55,080 bases of DNA from Candidatus Saccharimonadales bacterium (GTDB lineage: Bacteria > Patescibacteriota > UBA1384 > 2-12-FULL-50-11): assembly GCA_035480235.1 (NCBI GenBank), contig DATIHX010000011.1:66146-121225 (forward strand), in the 5' to 3' direction. Numbering within the stretch: the stretch's first letter is position 1; every line of letters starts with the position of its first letter. Positions 1 through 9,411 of the stretch are shown piece after piece. Under the pieces are notes generated by a model. The model had not been told where the DNA came from. It did no database searches and saw nothing but the letters and a program-made list of their open reading frames with translations. The position numbers and the translations under genes were made by a program.

Positions 1-113
1 TCCCCCGATGCATCTCCTCCGATAGTAGCAAGAACTTTCAGATTGGCAACGGCAAAGCGGGCGAAGGACAATTCTTAGCCTTTCTTAAGACAGAGATAGA
101 GAGTTGTTAAGTA

Positions 114-1637
114 TTACTTCGTCTGGGTTTCCACCAAAATGCCGCCGGGAATTGCCGCTTTTTTAGTGACATTAAAGACGGTGAAGGGCTTATTGAACAG
201 CAGGCGGGTTTGCGAGTCGATGGCTGGGATTGCTGAGAAAAAAATGCCAGTTAGGGGGAGGAGGAGCGGCGCCAAAATCCACTCTTTAATTGTGTGGAAA
301 ATATAGGCCGAGTTCTTGCCCGGCCGGGGCGGCACCATCAGCGCCGCAATAATCATGTTGGCGATCATCCCGATCCAGGCAGCAGCCAGGAAAATCCGGT
401 AAATTATCGGGAAATGGAAACCAAAAACAGTGGCGGTGAAGCTAGCGTGCAACACTACCGGTAGCCAGCCGAACAGCAAAATAAACGACTGGGTGGCTAA
501 AGAATAGTGCGACTCCATTAACCGGCCGAGTTGCAGCCATTTGTAAAAAAACGGAATATTTTTATTCTTGTACGAATTTAGGAAAACAAACGGCACGTCC
601 GAAACGCCCCAATACCAGCGCCGACGCTGGAGATACTGCTCGCGACTGGTGTCGGCAAAATTGTCGCCCTGAACGGCGTCCATATAGATCGGCACAAACA
701 TCGGCACGACGTGGTGGTTACCTTTGAAGGCGAAGTAGCTGCGCCAGTACTGGTGACCGTCTTCCACGACAGTCGTCACCGACCAAAAATCGGTCTTAAC
801 GAGCGCCGCAAAACTTTGGGCGTGGGCGGCGAAATTCCGACAATAGTGCGGCCGCATCGCTTGAATCATCTGCCAGTAGGTCGAGCCAAGCGCCATCACC
901 TTAATAGCCGCCGGCACCGCCCAAATATTGTTGAAATACATCGGCAGCGGCTGGAAACTTTTATGAACGGGGTCGGGGGTGACCAGGTAATGCCAGGTCA
1001 AATTGGCGAAATAATTGCGGTCGACGCGGTTGTCGGCGTCGATGGTGGTGGTGATAACGTCGGTGTAATTCAACTGTCGGGAATCGATATTTTTTTTCAC
1101 CTGCCGGCCGGCCCAGGTAATGTTTGGCCCTTTGCCGCGCACCTCGCCAGCGATATCGGCAGGGTGAGATGTTGTTAAGAACATTCCGAAGCGGTGCTCG
1201 AATTCAAACTGGAGTTTCGGCGCGTAAACCGGCGCCAATTCTTTCTCCCGCCCTTCAAAGGCCACCACCACCAACAATTTCTCGCTTGGGTAGTTGCTTT
1301 GCTCCAGGGCTTCTAGGGTGTGGCGGAGGATAGAAATGTCTTCTTTATACGTTGGTATAATCACTAGCTGGTAAAAACGCTGCCAATCGGCCGGGTATTC
1401 GGCCTGGAGTTTTTTCAGCCAATCAATTTTCTGCTCTTGCCGGTAGCGCCAAAACCCAGCGGCTAAGTGGCCAGTCATAATAAAGACTCGCAGCAACCAA
1501 TAAATAGCGTAAACCAAGACGACCACTGCCAAGGTAAGCGGGGCAAAAAGGGCAAGATAAACTAACGCTGAGAGCGTCGCCCAAGTCAGCAGGCCAGGTA
1601 TCACTTCAAAAAGCCGAACGCGAAACGGTTTAGCCAT
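114..1637 (-). CDS. Family-2 membrane glycosyltransferase (cellulose/chitin-synthase-like)
   Basis: 507 aa. N- and C-terminal TM helices flank a cytoplasmic domain with IIPTYKE, a TIDADN (DxD-like) motif and QRRRW (QxxRW). Confidence 0.75.
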   Translation of the reverse strand: MAKPFRVRLFEVIPGLLTWATLSALVYLALFAPLTLAVVVLVYAIYWLLRVFIMTGHLAAGFWRYRQEQKIDWLKKLQAEYPADWQRFYQLVIIPTYKEDISILRHTLEALEQSNYPSEKLLVVVAFEGREKELAPVYAPKLQFEFEHRFGMFLTTSHPADIAGEVRGKGPNITWAGRQVKKNIDSRQLNYTDVITTTIDADNRVDRNYFANLTWHYLVTPDPVHKSFQPLPMYFNNIWAVPAAIKVMALGSTYWQMIQAMRPHYCRNFAAHAQSFAALVKTDFWSVTTVVEDGHQYWRSYFAFKGNHHVVPMFVPIYMDAVQGDNFADTSREQYLQRRRWYWGVSDVPFVFLNSYKNKNIPFFYKWLQLGRLMESHYSLATQSFILLFGWLPVVLHASFTATVFGFHFPIIYRIFLAAAWIGMIANMIIAALMVPPRPGKNSAYIFHTIKEWILAPLLLPLTGIFFSAIPAIDSQTRLLFNKPFTVFNVTKKAAIPGGILVETQTK

Positions 1638-1640
1638 TGC

Positions 1641-1946
1641 TTAGCGGGGGCTGGCAACGCCCAATATGAAAAAGCCGATGGCGGCAATTTCCAGCAAAAA
1701 GATCGAGGTCAACATCACTAGTTTTAGTTTAGGCCGTTCGGAGAATAAGGCCAAGAAAACTACCGAGTTTAAGGCGTACAAGCCGAAGCTGTAGGCCAAA
1801 AAACCGTTGTCGCCAGGCAGGCTGTGATGGCCGAAAAAAATGATGGCGATGAAGACGGCCAGGCTAATGAGCCAGGCAATAATTTGCCGCCGTTCGGGCA
1901 ACTGGTAGTGAAAGGCGTGGCGGAGTTGGCGGTAGAGCTGATTCAT
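1641..1946 (-). CDS. Small integral membrane protein, hypothetical
   Basis: 101 aa with about 3 hydrophobic helices. Stop lies 3 nt upstream of the GT2 start, so probably co-transcribed. Confidence 0.5.
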   Translation of the reverse strand: MNQLYRQLRHAFHYQLPERRQIIAWLISLAVFIAIIFFGHHSLPGDNGFLAYSFGLYALNSVVFLALFSERPKLKLVMLTSIFLLEIAAIGFFILGVASPR

Positions 1947-2016
1947 TCAGCCTCATTTTAGCGCGTCTGGGCGCCCATCACTAGCCGCTGCTTTACAGCG
2001 GTGGTAAACTGAAAGC

Positions 2017-3153
2017 ATGAGAAAGCTTTGGCTGGCGGCGGCGATCATCGGTTTACTGTTACCGCTAGGTTTAGCTCGAGCCGCTGAATTCGCGACTAAC
2101 TCAAACGGCGACGTGACCGTCCCAGCCAGCGAGCATCACCATAATTTTTACACCGCCGGCCAAAGTATTACCGTTGACGCCGCAACCAGCGGCGATTTGG
2201 CGGCCGCCGGCCAAACTGTCGTGGTGAACGGCAACGTCGAAAATAGCTTGTTTGCGGCCGGCCAAACCATCAATCTGCGGGGAAACGTCGGCAATAACCT
2301 GCGCGCGGCTGGCGATAACGTCACTATTTCCGGCACTATAAACGGCGACGTTTTCGCCGCCGGTTCAACCGTTACCGTGACTAAGGACGCGGTAGTTAAT
2401 GGCGGTCTTTATACTGCCGGTTCAAATGTTGTTATTAACGGCAGCGTCAAGGGTGAAGTTCGCTCGGCCGGGGCGCTAACCATTAGTGGCCAGACCGGCT
2501 CGGTCACCAGTTACGGCGAACTGACGGTGAAGAAAACTGGCATCGTTAACGGCAACGTCAACGTTCACGCCGCCCAAGCGGCGACCATCGAAACCGGCGG
2601 CACCGTAACAGGCGTTAACCATTTCACTCTGGTCAAAAACCGAACTAATAACCTGGCGATTTTCAGTAGTTTCGCCGCCCTGGCCGGCTTACTCGGCTCG
2701 TTAATCCTGGGTCTGGTGCTAGTTTTCCTGCTGCCCAAACGCTGCCAAATTATCGTCGATAAAGCCCTGAGCGCGCCGACGGCGGCGATCGGCTACGGTT
2801 TGGCGCTGCTGATTGTCTTCCCGATCGCCATCTTCATTATCGCGATTACCTTGATTGGCTTGCCTTTGGCCATGCTACTTGGGTTAGTTTGGTTGCTACT
2901 AGCGGTACTGGGCGGTTTCATCGGCAAACTCGCCTTTGGCGCCTGGCTCTACCAGCTCGTTACAAAAAAACCGGCCGTCACTAATTGGCTGACCTTGCTA
3001 ATTGGCCTAGTCGCCAGCGCTTTGATCGGTTTTATCCCCTTCATCGGGCCGTTGGTAAAATTCGCCTTCTTCTTGTTGGGCCTCGGGGCACTCGGCCGGT
3101 ATTTTTGGGCGACCTTCCGCGCGGAACCGACCCCGGCTTTAGAGGCCAAATAA
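2017..3153 (+). CDS. Membrane protein with N-terminal bactofilin-like (polymer-forming beta-helix) repeats and a polytopic C-terminal domain
   Basis: 378 aa. Signal/anchor sequence, then iterated AAGQxVxVxGNV / AAGSxVxIxG repeats, then about 5 TM helices. Confidence 0.6.
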   Translation: MRKLWLAAAIIGLLLPLGLARAAEFATNSNGDVTVPASEHHHNFYTAGQSITVDAATSGDLAAAGQTVVVNGNVENSLFAAGQTINLRGNVGNNLRAAGDNVTISGTINGDVFAAGSTVTVTKDAVVNGGLYTAGSNVVINGSVKGEVRSAGALTISGQTGSVTSYGELTVKKTGIVNGNVNVHAAQAATIETGGTVTGVNHFTLVKNRTNNLAIFSSFAALAGLLGSLILGLVLVFLLPKRCQIIVDKALSAPTAAIGYGLALLIVFPIAIFIIAITLIGLPLAMLLGLVWLLLAVLGGFIGKLAFGAWLYQLVTKKPAVTNWLTLLIGLVASALIGFIPFIGPLVKFAFFLLGLGALGRYFWATFRAEPTPALEAK

Positions 3154-5232
3154 CTTATTGAAACGACGGCCGCGGATCGCTAAAGCCCCGGCCAGGAAAC
3201 TGGCCACTGCCAACGCCGCGGTTTGAGCGAAGTCGTTTTCTTGGGCGCCAGCAACTAGCGTCGGTTGGTTCGACCCAGCGGCGAGTGGCAACGAAGCGCC
3301 GGCAGCGGCGGCGACCGTTGAGCTTTTTTTGACTTGAGTGGTCAGAGTTTTGCCAACGGTTTTGGTGGTAGTCGAGCTGACGGCACTGGTGAGTGCAGCC
3401 GTCGTAGCGTTGATGACACCAGTAGCCGGGGCGCTAATCAAACTAGCGCCACTGCCTAAATACCAAGTTTCGATGGCGCCGCTCGACGAGTTGTAGTCGG
3501 TCACTAGCGGCAACTGGGCGAGTGAGCCGGCAGCATAGTTAAGAAGGTTGGTAGGGAAATGAAACTTTAAAAAGCCGCCAGCGGTCGTGAGGTTAAAGCT
3601 ATCGCTGGCGGTGGCGCTCAAGTTGGCCTTGACGGTGACGGCTTGGCCGAGGTGGTTAACCAGCTCATCGACGCCAAACTCACTCAACGGCCAAGTTTGA
3701 GCCGAACCGATCGCTAGATCGTCCAGCGCCGAAAGGATGAGCCGCTTGGTTTGACTGGTACTGATTTGACCGGTAGCGGTGGCTAATTTGTTAACACCGC
3801 CTGGTAGCGCGCCTTTGCTATTATCGAGAAAAACTTGAATTCCGCCGGTTTCGTCTTGCAGGTAAAGCGCTTCGCTACCAACGGCGCCGACCGGCACGCT
3901 GACTACCCCACTGATTTCGGCCAAGGCGTTAGCCGGTAGGCTGCGGGCCTCACCAATTGAGACGGTGTAGGTCGGTGCCGTTGGTAAGGTGACGCGCGAC
4001 CAAGATTGAAAATCGGTTGATTGATACAGGTTAGGGTTACTGGAAGAGTTGAGCAGTAAAATCAACCCGAGACCGGCTTGGGCGTAGACAGCCTGGAGTT
4101 GGCTGGAGCTGGCCCAGGCGCCGGTGACTTTTTTGAAGGCGTTAGTATTGTCGGCGGCAAATTGCACCAAGCTGGCACCGGGCTGCCAAGCCAACCAGCC
4201 GCCAGGCACTTTTTTCAGTGCCGTCAAATCGCCGTCGGTGGTCGCTAACTGCCAACTCTCCGGCCCGTCAGAAACAAAATAGCTTGGGCCAACTTTCACC
4301 AATAGCCGATTGGTGCCGTCCGCGGCCGCTAGGTTGGTCAAATCGCCGGGCGGCGCTGTTAAAACGTGGCTTGTTAAGCCGAACTCCCACCAACTCGCAT
4401 CGGAGAGCCGTAAAAAGACGCGGTCGGCCAGGAGTTTGAGGCCGGTCACGCTTCGGCCGGTTAAATTTAGAGCGAAAGTTTCTAGTAAATTACTGTGCCA
4501 AACATACAAGTTGTTGGCCGCGTCGGTGGCGGCAACTAAACCGCCGCCGGTTGTAATGTTTTGGACACTGACCGGGAAAAGCGGTTGGTAATTAGTGGGG
4601 TTTAACTGGTAGTAAAACTGGCCGTCGGCGCAACTAAAACCGACGAGCGGCGCCGTCACCAAGACGCTGCCGGCGCAAGGGAAGCTAGCCACCACCGGCC
4701 AACTGTGATTTTGCCACTGCAGCACCCGAACAAATTGATTGAACTGCTGGCCGAAAAACAGCTGGCCGCCGACCCGGTAGAAACGGTTGGTTTGGTCGAG
4801 GGCGATCAACGGGGCGGCCGTCAGCGGCATTAGGGTCCAGTCGTTAGTAATTTCGGTGGCGGCAAGGGTTTGGCCCGTTTGACTGCCAACAATTATCGCA
4901 TCGCCCAAGCTCTGAAGCGCCAAGGCGTCGCCCGAAATGTTGCCAAGCTCGGTGGCGGCCAGGCCGGTCGAGCGATACAGCTTGGTCAGCGAGCCGGTTT
5001 TAGCGGTAAAAACTAATTGGTTGCTGAAAACAATCGGCGCCGCACTCAATTGGTCGCTGGTTATGCTGGCCAGTTGCCAGGTTTTGCCGGGCGCGCGCAG
5101 CCGGTACAAATTCTGGTTGGTGGTGGCACTGACGGCTGAACCGAGGCTTTGAAGCGAAAAGGCCCGGCTGCCATTGGGAAGTAAAGAAACCGCCAATAAA
5201 GCGAAAATTGTGAGTTTTACCAAAGCCCGCAT
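3139..5232 (-). CDS. Secreted/cell-surface protein, beta-propeller-like N-terminal region, OB-fold-like segment, C-terminal TM anchor
   Basis: 697 aa. Signal peptide, recurring W-containing blades (WQLAS, WTLMPL, WQLATTDG, WSRVTLP) and the segment GVVSVPVGAVGSEALYLQDETGGIQVFL. C-terminal hydrophobic helix followed by RGRRFNK. Confidence 0.6.
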   Translation of the reverse strand: MRALVKLTIFALLAVSLLPNGSRAFSLQSLGSAVSATTNQNLYRLRAPGKTWQLASITSDQLSAAPIVFSNQLVFTAKTGSLTKLYRSTGLAATELGNISGDALALQSLGDAIIVGSQTGQTLAATEITNDWTLMPLTAAPLIALDQTNRFYRVGGQLFFGQQFNQFVRVLQWQNHSWPVVASFPCAGSVLVTAPLVGFSCADGQFYYQLNPTNYQPLFPVSVQNITTGGGLVAATDAANNLYVWHSNLLETFALNLTGRSVTGLKLLADRVFLRLSDASWWEFGLTSHVLTAPPGDLTNLAAADGTNRLLVKVGPSYFVSDGPESWQLATTDGDLTALKKVPGGWLAWQPGASLVQFAADNTNAFKKVTGAWASSSQLQAVYAQAGLGLILLLNSSSNPNLYQSTDFQSWSRVTLPTAPTYTVSIGEARSLPANALAEISGVVSVPVGAVGSEALYLQDETGGIQVFLDNSKGALPGGVNKLATATGQISTSQTKRLILSALDDLAIGSAQTWPLSEFGVDELVNHLGQAVTVKANLSATASDSFNLTTAGGFLKFHFPTNLLNYAAGSLAQLPLVTDYNSSSGAIETWYLGSGASLISAPATGVINATTAALTSAVSSTTTKTVGKTLTTQVKKSSTVAAAAGASLPLAAGSNQPTLVAGAQENDFAQTAALAVASFLAGALAIRGRRFNKLFGL

Positions 5233-5248
5233 ACCCTCGTTGTACAGA

Positions 5249-5256
5249 CATTTCTG
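5249..5256. repeat. Left 8-bp target-site duplication CATTTCTG
   Basis: Identical octamer abuts the outside of both terminal inverted repeats (5249-5256 and 10712-10719). Confidence 0.75.
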
Positions 5257-5281
5257 CCTACATATCCCCTTATGACAAGTA
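5257..5281. repeat. Left terminal inverted repeat (IR-L) CCTACATATCCCCTTATGACAAGTA
   Basis: The reverse complement of 10687-10711 is CCTACATATCCCCTCTTGACAAGTA, which matches at 23 of 25 positions. Confidence 0.8.
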
Positions 5282-5378
5282 GAACTGTTCTTAGCGCATC
5301 CCTTCTATGGAGCTGAAACTCAGCATCTTGTTTAAATTACTTAAAACGATCAGAGTTTAGTAAATGGAGGAAAAAATA

Positions 5379-5921
5379 ATGAGTTCAATTTCAAAGATAA
5401 TATTAAGCGTAATTGTCACGGCTCTAGTGGTTGGAAGCGGAACGTACTACTTGCTGAAAAATCAGTCAGTGGCCAAACCGACTACCACAACCGCTCCTGC
5501 CAAGGCTTTAACAGTCAATGAGCAGTTAGCTAGAGTTCTATCGATTGACGCCGAAGCAATGAATAAAATATTGCTTGAGGATGTTCTCAAGCCTACACTT
5601 GGCACGGTGACTTTAGTGGGGGTTAGTGAGACCAACAACTGTTCGGCCTTTGAGGGCGCTTGCGGCAGAACCTTAACCCAAGAAGAACACGATAGCATCG
5701 GCGTTCAAGACCCGTTATTTGTCTACGAAACCACCAAAGAGATTACTCCAACAGACATGAAAAAACTACAGAACCAGTTAAATAAGAGCCAGTATCCAGT
5801 TCAAGAAAGCACAGCCTCGTCAATCTTGGCTCACGGCGCCGGAGGAGATAACACATTTCTGTCAATTACCGCCGACGTCAACGACACGGGGCGCTTTCAG
5901 ATTAGAGTATTGGTCTACTAA
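5379..5921 (+). CDS. Hypothetical N-terminally anchored protein (element cargo)
   Basis: The ORF opens at 5364, but the ATG at 5379 has GGAGG 8 nt upstream. One TM helix, then a soluble domain. No recognisable motif. Confidence 0.5.
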   Translation: MSSISKIILSVIVTALVVGSGTYYLLKNQSVAKPTTTTAPAKALTVNEQLARVLSIDAEAMNKILLEDVLKPTLGTVTLVGVSETNNCSAFEGACGRTLTQEEHDSIGVQDPLFVYETTKEITPTDMKKLQNQLNKSQYPVQESTASSILAHGAGGDNTFLSITADVNDTGRFQIRVLVY

Positions 5922-5924
5922 AAG

Positions 5925-6416
5925 TTACTTAAATCCGGTTGCTGGATCAAAGCTAACGTAATTAGTGCCATCGAACTGCTCAAGCTGGATCTGACCCTGG
6001 TTAATTGTTACCAGTAGGCTGATCCGCTTATTAGGTTTAACTGTCAGCGAGTGAGGCTCACTGCTCTTTGGAAAAATTGGCAACGAATAAACCGTTTTGT
6101 TAGTAAAGCTCTGGAAGTTTATGCTCCTGATAGAGTAGTTTGCAGCACCCGACTGAGCAACTAAATCGCAGTGAAACGCTCCTGCTTGCGATGGTAAGGA
6201 CTTTTCCGGACAATCGCCGTTTATCAAGAGCAAACCCAACCCCGGCTGTCCATCTTCGAGCACGTTAATGTCTAGAGATGTAGTCAGTAAGTTGGCCTGC
6301 CCATTTGTTGTAGTTTCGAGTGCGTTGAGGCGGGAGTGAATAATTATTATGCCGCCAGCGATTAGACCGACTACTGCAAAACCAAACGTTATATATCGTA
6401 GGTAGCGTGTTCTCAT
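5925..6416 (-). CDS. Hypothetical N-terminally anchored protein, translationally coupled to the upstream 974-aa gene (element cargo)
   Basis: ATGA overlap: ATG at 6416-6414 shares bases with the TGA stop at 6415-6413. An alternative start lies at 6428. One TM helix plus a roughly 130-aa domain. Confidence 0.55.
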   Translation of the reverse strand: MRTRYLRYITFGFAVVGLIAGGIIIIHSRLNALETTTNGQANLLTTSLDINVLEDGQPGLGLLLINGDCPEKSLPSQAGAFHCDLVAQSGAANYSIRSINFQSFTNKTVYSLPIFPKSSEPHSLTVKPNKRISLLVTINQGQIQLEQFDGTNYVSFDPATGFK

Positions 6417-9337
6417 GAGCTCAGACATTCGTTATACCATTGCTGGAACTGCGGAACGACTACAGCTCCACTAGCATTTTGACCTTGAAGACGATGCAGT
6501 AAGTTATCCCGTTGAGTTAGCAAGTCGGTTGGCGGCGTCCCAATATTTTGCTGCCAATACGCAGTTATATTATTGAGTCGATCAATAACTTGTTGATGAT
6601 AGACGCAAATGCTCGATAGAGATGTTGCTAGCGATTCAGGATATTTATCAACGTTGGGATCAAGAAGATCGGCGGCAGAGTATCCAATAGTTGCAGCACA
6701 ATTTGAAGAAGATGTGTACGCGCAATTAAAGGCGGCGATATCCCAAAGCGTTCTGCCGGTCGGGCTGGCCAGTTGTTGATCGAGCGACTGCTTATAATCA
6801 GTGGAAGAAGCTGAAATAGGCACCTGACCTGAGCCGTAAGAATAGTCGAGGGCATGAAGCATTTCGTGATCCGCGGTAGTTTGCAGCAAATCACCACTCA
6901 TATAATTAACTTCACGCGAGTCTAAGGTAAGCCCTCTGTCGGGATGGGCGGGGTCAAAATACCCGTTAGGTTCGGATTTAATGTCGGAACCAATACGCAC
7001 GACAGTCAGGATGGTTAAGGGAAAGTTTTTCCAAGTCTTGTATCGAATCACTTCTTTTTGAACAGTAGGCAGGGTGTTTTTCCTACTGAGTTGAGTTGTG
7101 TCGGGCGTGTCGTAAAAACATACCTTAAAACTATTTGTGCTGAAGTCGTCACATTCTTTATGGATGAGCATCAGAAAATTTCCGGTGCTGATCGATGAAT
7201 TGTACGAAAATGAGGGCGGGTTATTCTGGTCTTGAGTGGCGTCATCCGGTCGTGTTTTTTCAGGCCAGGTGTAGACGACATCGCCTGAGACAGGACTTCT
7301 ATAAGCAAGAGCGGAAGCACTGATTAGATGGTATGTAGACTGGATTAGTAAGGGGTCGGTTTGGGATGAAAACGCCGCAATGCCGTTGGTGACATTGGTG
7401 CTAAATTGATGGCCGCTTGAGTTGGCGATTATTACTTTCCCGCCGAGCGGGGAAATTGAAGCGTAATTTTGATCGTAATACAATTCGTCTTTCGGTTGGG
7501 GAGAAATAATTAGCAATCCATCGAGACTGAATGTGGCATCGTAAATCCGGTTGGTATCCACGTGAACAGTTTGGGTCAGATTAGGGAAACTAACATCGCC
7601 CATACTAACCGTAAGAGTGTAATCTGCTGTGCCGCTAAGCAGGCTGATAACTGGAGCTACTATCGCTCTTCCTCTAACGTTACTAACACTTTGATAGCGG
7701 GTTGTGCCGCTGACTACCGTTAAAACGGCGCCCGTGACTGGGTGATTATCAGCCGAAGTCATTGAGGCGACAATTGCGGGGGCGGTTAGAAAATTGTCGG
7801 TTCGAGCGTCATTATTACCGTAATCCGTTTCAGGCACAGCATGAGTAGGGTTAACAATAAAATCGAGTCCAACAATATTATGGTGATTAAGGAGGGCTTC
7901 GCTTGCGAAAGCATTCGATAAAAGTTTAATTCGGTGATTGTCGGCAGAAAATACTAGGTTGGGAATGGTTGCTGATGAGTCGGGACTTATCGTGGTCGAA
8001 AGGCTGTCTGAATACTCGTACAGATGTTTGTTTGGCTCGTTACCGGGATCATAGAGAGAAAGTTGGTAGGGAGCACTTCCTTGAAAAGTCCCTGGACCTA
8101 AGTTTTTGATTTTCAGGCCGGAGATAGTAACACTCGAGATATTTGAGCCGAAACTTGCTCCCATTGGCAGATTGTCGTAGCTGTGGCCAGTAGTGTCTCT
8201 GAGCGTAACTGTTGCTCCACTAGAGTCAGGAGTTAGATCTGGCTGACCGATTGTCACTGTAGCTGACGCTGTTTTATTGCCGTTGGCCCAAGTGCCGGTG
8301 ACTGTGAAAGTAACTGTTTGGGTTAGAGCAGCTGTGGTTCTGCTGCCGCCAGAGACCGGGGTAACCGCCCCAATTCCTTGATCAATCGTCATTGAGGTTG
8401 GATTGCCGGTTGAACCCCATGTGAGAACTGTGGTTTGGCTGCTACCGAGGGTGGACGGGTTGGCGGTTAGGGATACAGCGTGAGTACTTTGCCAGGGCGA
8501 AGCGTTATACGTTGCCGTAACTGTGCCACTAATCCTCCCTGTTCCGGTTAAGGTAAAAAGTGTTTGTCGGGTAATCGAAAAACTGGTGGTAACGGTGTCT
8601 GTTTGAGGATCGGGACTGTTAATGTTGGTAACATCACCAACATTTTGATCAATAACTAAGCGACTATTGGTAGTATGGAGACCTTTGGCCCACCAGAGTG
8701 TCACGGTATTGTCCGTGCTATTAACTCGGCCGTTTAACGTGGCTGAGTTATCCCAACCGAACCGAGCTATAACTTGATGCGTCACCGTGCGGTAATACCC
8801 GAAACCATTAACGGTCGGCTGCCAGTTGCTGTTGGTTGTTTGGCAGTGCCAGCCAGTATATTGATCGATTGTATTTTGACCGCAATCGCGGAACCAGGCG
8901 GATGGATTATTCTGATAACGGTCATTAATCCATTTAGTTGAAACTGTTTGGCCCTGATGACCATCGTTAATGGTGCAACTACCAGTACTCGTGGCGGCAC
9001 AACTGGCCCAGTTTTGAGCAGTTGCGTAGTTGTAACCCGGTGGCGTGTAGTCGTTCTGGTTGCCAGTATATTCGGTTTTGAATTGGAGTAAGGCAAAGAC
9101 GGAATTATACGTTGCGGTCGTGTCGCCAAGTTTGCATTGTAAAACACTGTCAATATTCCCGGCCGCAACTTGGTTTAGTGTGCTTAGAAGATTGTTACAG
9201 CTTGTGATAGTCAGCGGTGGCGGGGTTTGAGCAAGGGCAGTATTTGTCGCCCTAGAACCAACTGAAAAGGCGGCGGCTATTAAGCTAACAATTATTAGAA
9301 TTCTAGCGAGCCCCCTCATATCTACTATTACAGTCAT
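6413..9337 (-). CDS. Large secreted multidomain protein with putative C-terminal zinc metalloprotease (HExxH) domain (element cargo)
   Basis: 974 aa. Signal peptide (ends AQ), a Cys/Trp-rich N-terminal module and two Ig-like repeats (TLxW...IDQxxGxVT...TQTxTFTxTGT). Then CARDB-like and carboxypeptidase-regulatory-like beta segments, and HEMLH encoded at 6854-6868. Confidence 0.75.
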   Translation of the reverse strand: MTVIVDMRGLARILIIVSLIAAAFSVGSRATNTALAQTPPPLTITSCNNLLSTLNQVAAGNIDSVLQCKLGDTTATYNSVFALLQFKTEYTGNQNDYTPPGYNYATAQNWASCAATSTGSCTINDGHQGQTVSTKWINDRYQNNPSAWFRDCGQNTIDQYTGWHCQTTNSNWQPTVNGFGYYRTVTHQVIARFGWDNSATLNGRVNSTDNTVTLWWAKGLHTTNSRLVIDQNVGDVTNINSPDPQTDTVTTSFSITRQTLFTLTGTGRISGTVTATYNASPWQSTHAVSLTANPSTLGSSQTTVLTWGSTGNPTSMTIDQGIGAVTPVSGGSRTTAALTQTVTFTVTGTWANGNKTASATVTIGQPDLTPDSSGATVTLRDTTGHSYDNLPMGASFGSNISSVTISGLKIKNLGPGTFQGSAPYQLSLYDPGNEPNKHLYEYSDSLSTTISPDSSATIPNLVFSADNHRIKLLSNAFASEALLNHHNIVGLDFIVNPTHAVPETDYGNNDARTDNFLTAPAIVASMTSADNHPVTGAVLTVVSGTTRYQSVSNVRGRAIVAPVISLLSGTADYTLTVSMGDVSFPNLTQTVHVDTNRIYDATFSLDGLLIISPQPKDELYYDQNYASISPLGGKVIIANSSGHQFSTNVTNGIAAFSSQTDPLLIQSTYHLISASALAYRSPVSGDVVYTWPEKTRPDDATQDQNNPPSFSYNSSISTGNFLMLIHKECDDFSTNSFKVCFYDTPDTTQLSRKNTLPTVQKEVIRYKTWKNFPLTILTVVRIGSDIKSEPNGYFDPAHPDRGLTLDSREVNYMSGDLLQTTADHEMLHALDYSYGSGQVPISASSTDYKQSLDQQLASPTGRTLWDIAAFNCAYTSSSNCAATIGYSAADLLDPNVDKYPESLATSLSSICVYHQQVIDRLNNITAYWQQNIGTPPTDLLTQRDNLLHRLQGQNASGAVVVPQFQQWYNECLSS

Positions 9338-9385
9338 CTTTTATGGTTCGGTTGTCAACGAAATTTGGCCGTAAATGGATTAGTA

Positions 9386-9411
9386 AACGGTATCAGGCCT
9401 GATACCGTTTT
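9386..9411. terminator. Perfect 12+12 palindrome AACGGTATCAGG/CCTGATACCGTT followed by TTTT
   Basis: Read directly. It lies between the transposase and the 974-aa cargo gene. The T-run is on the + strand, so its role is uncertain (insulator or terminator). Confidence 0.4.

Noticed and set aside
1-113. Open reading frames running off the left edge (frame 1 stops at 76-78, frame 3 stops near 108-110).
   Set aside because: The fragment is too short to assign a strand, frame or product.
1090-1097. T8/A8 homopolymer inside the GT2 gene (a similar A8 lies in the CdaR-like gene near 30435-30442) as possible phase-variation tracts.
   Set aside because: Eight-nt runs encoding Lys-Lys-Asn/Lys are common by chance in coding DNA. 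No supporting evidence is available from a single sequence.
711-1178. Long antisense ORFs inside confidently assigned genes (for example 711-1178, 12113-12502, 26474-26872, 32246-32815, 38161-38800, 54607-54921).
   Set aside because: They lie fully within, and opposite to, genes with strong family motifs. Their translations are Arg/Gly/Ala/Pro-rich low-complexity sequence, typical of shadow ORFs in GC-rich coding DNA.
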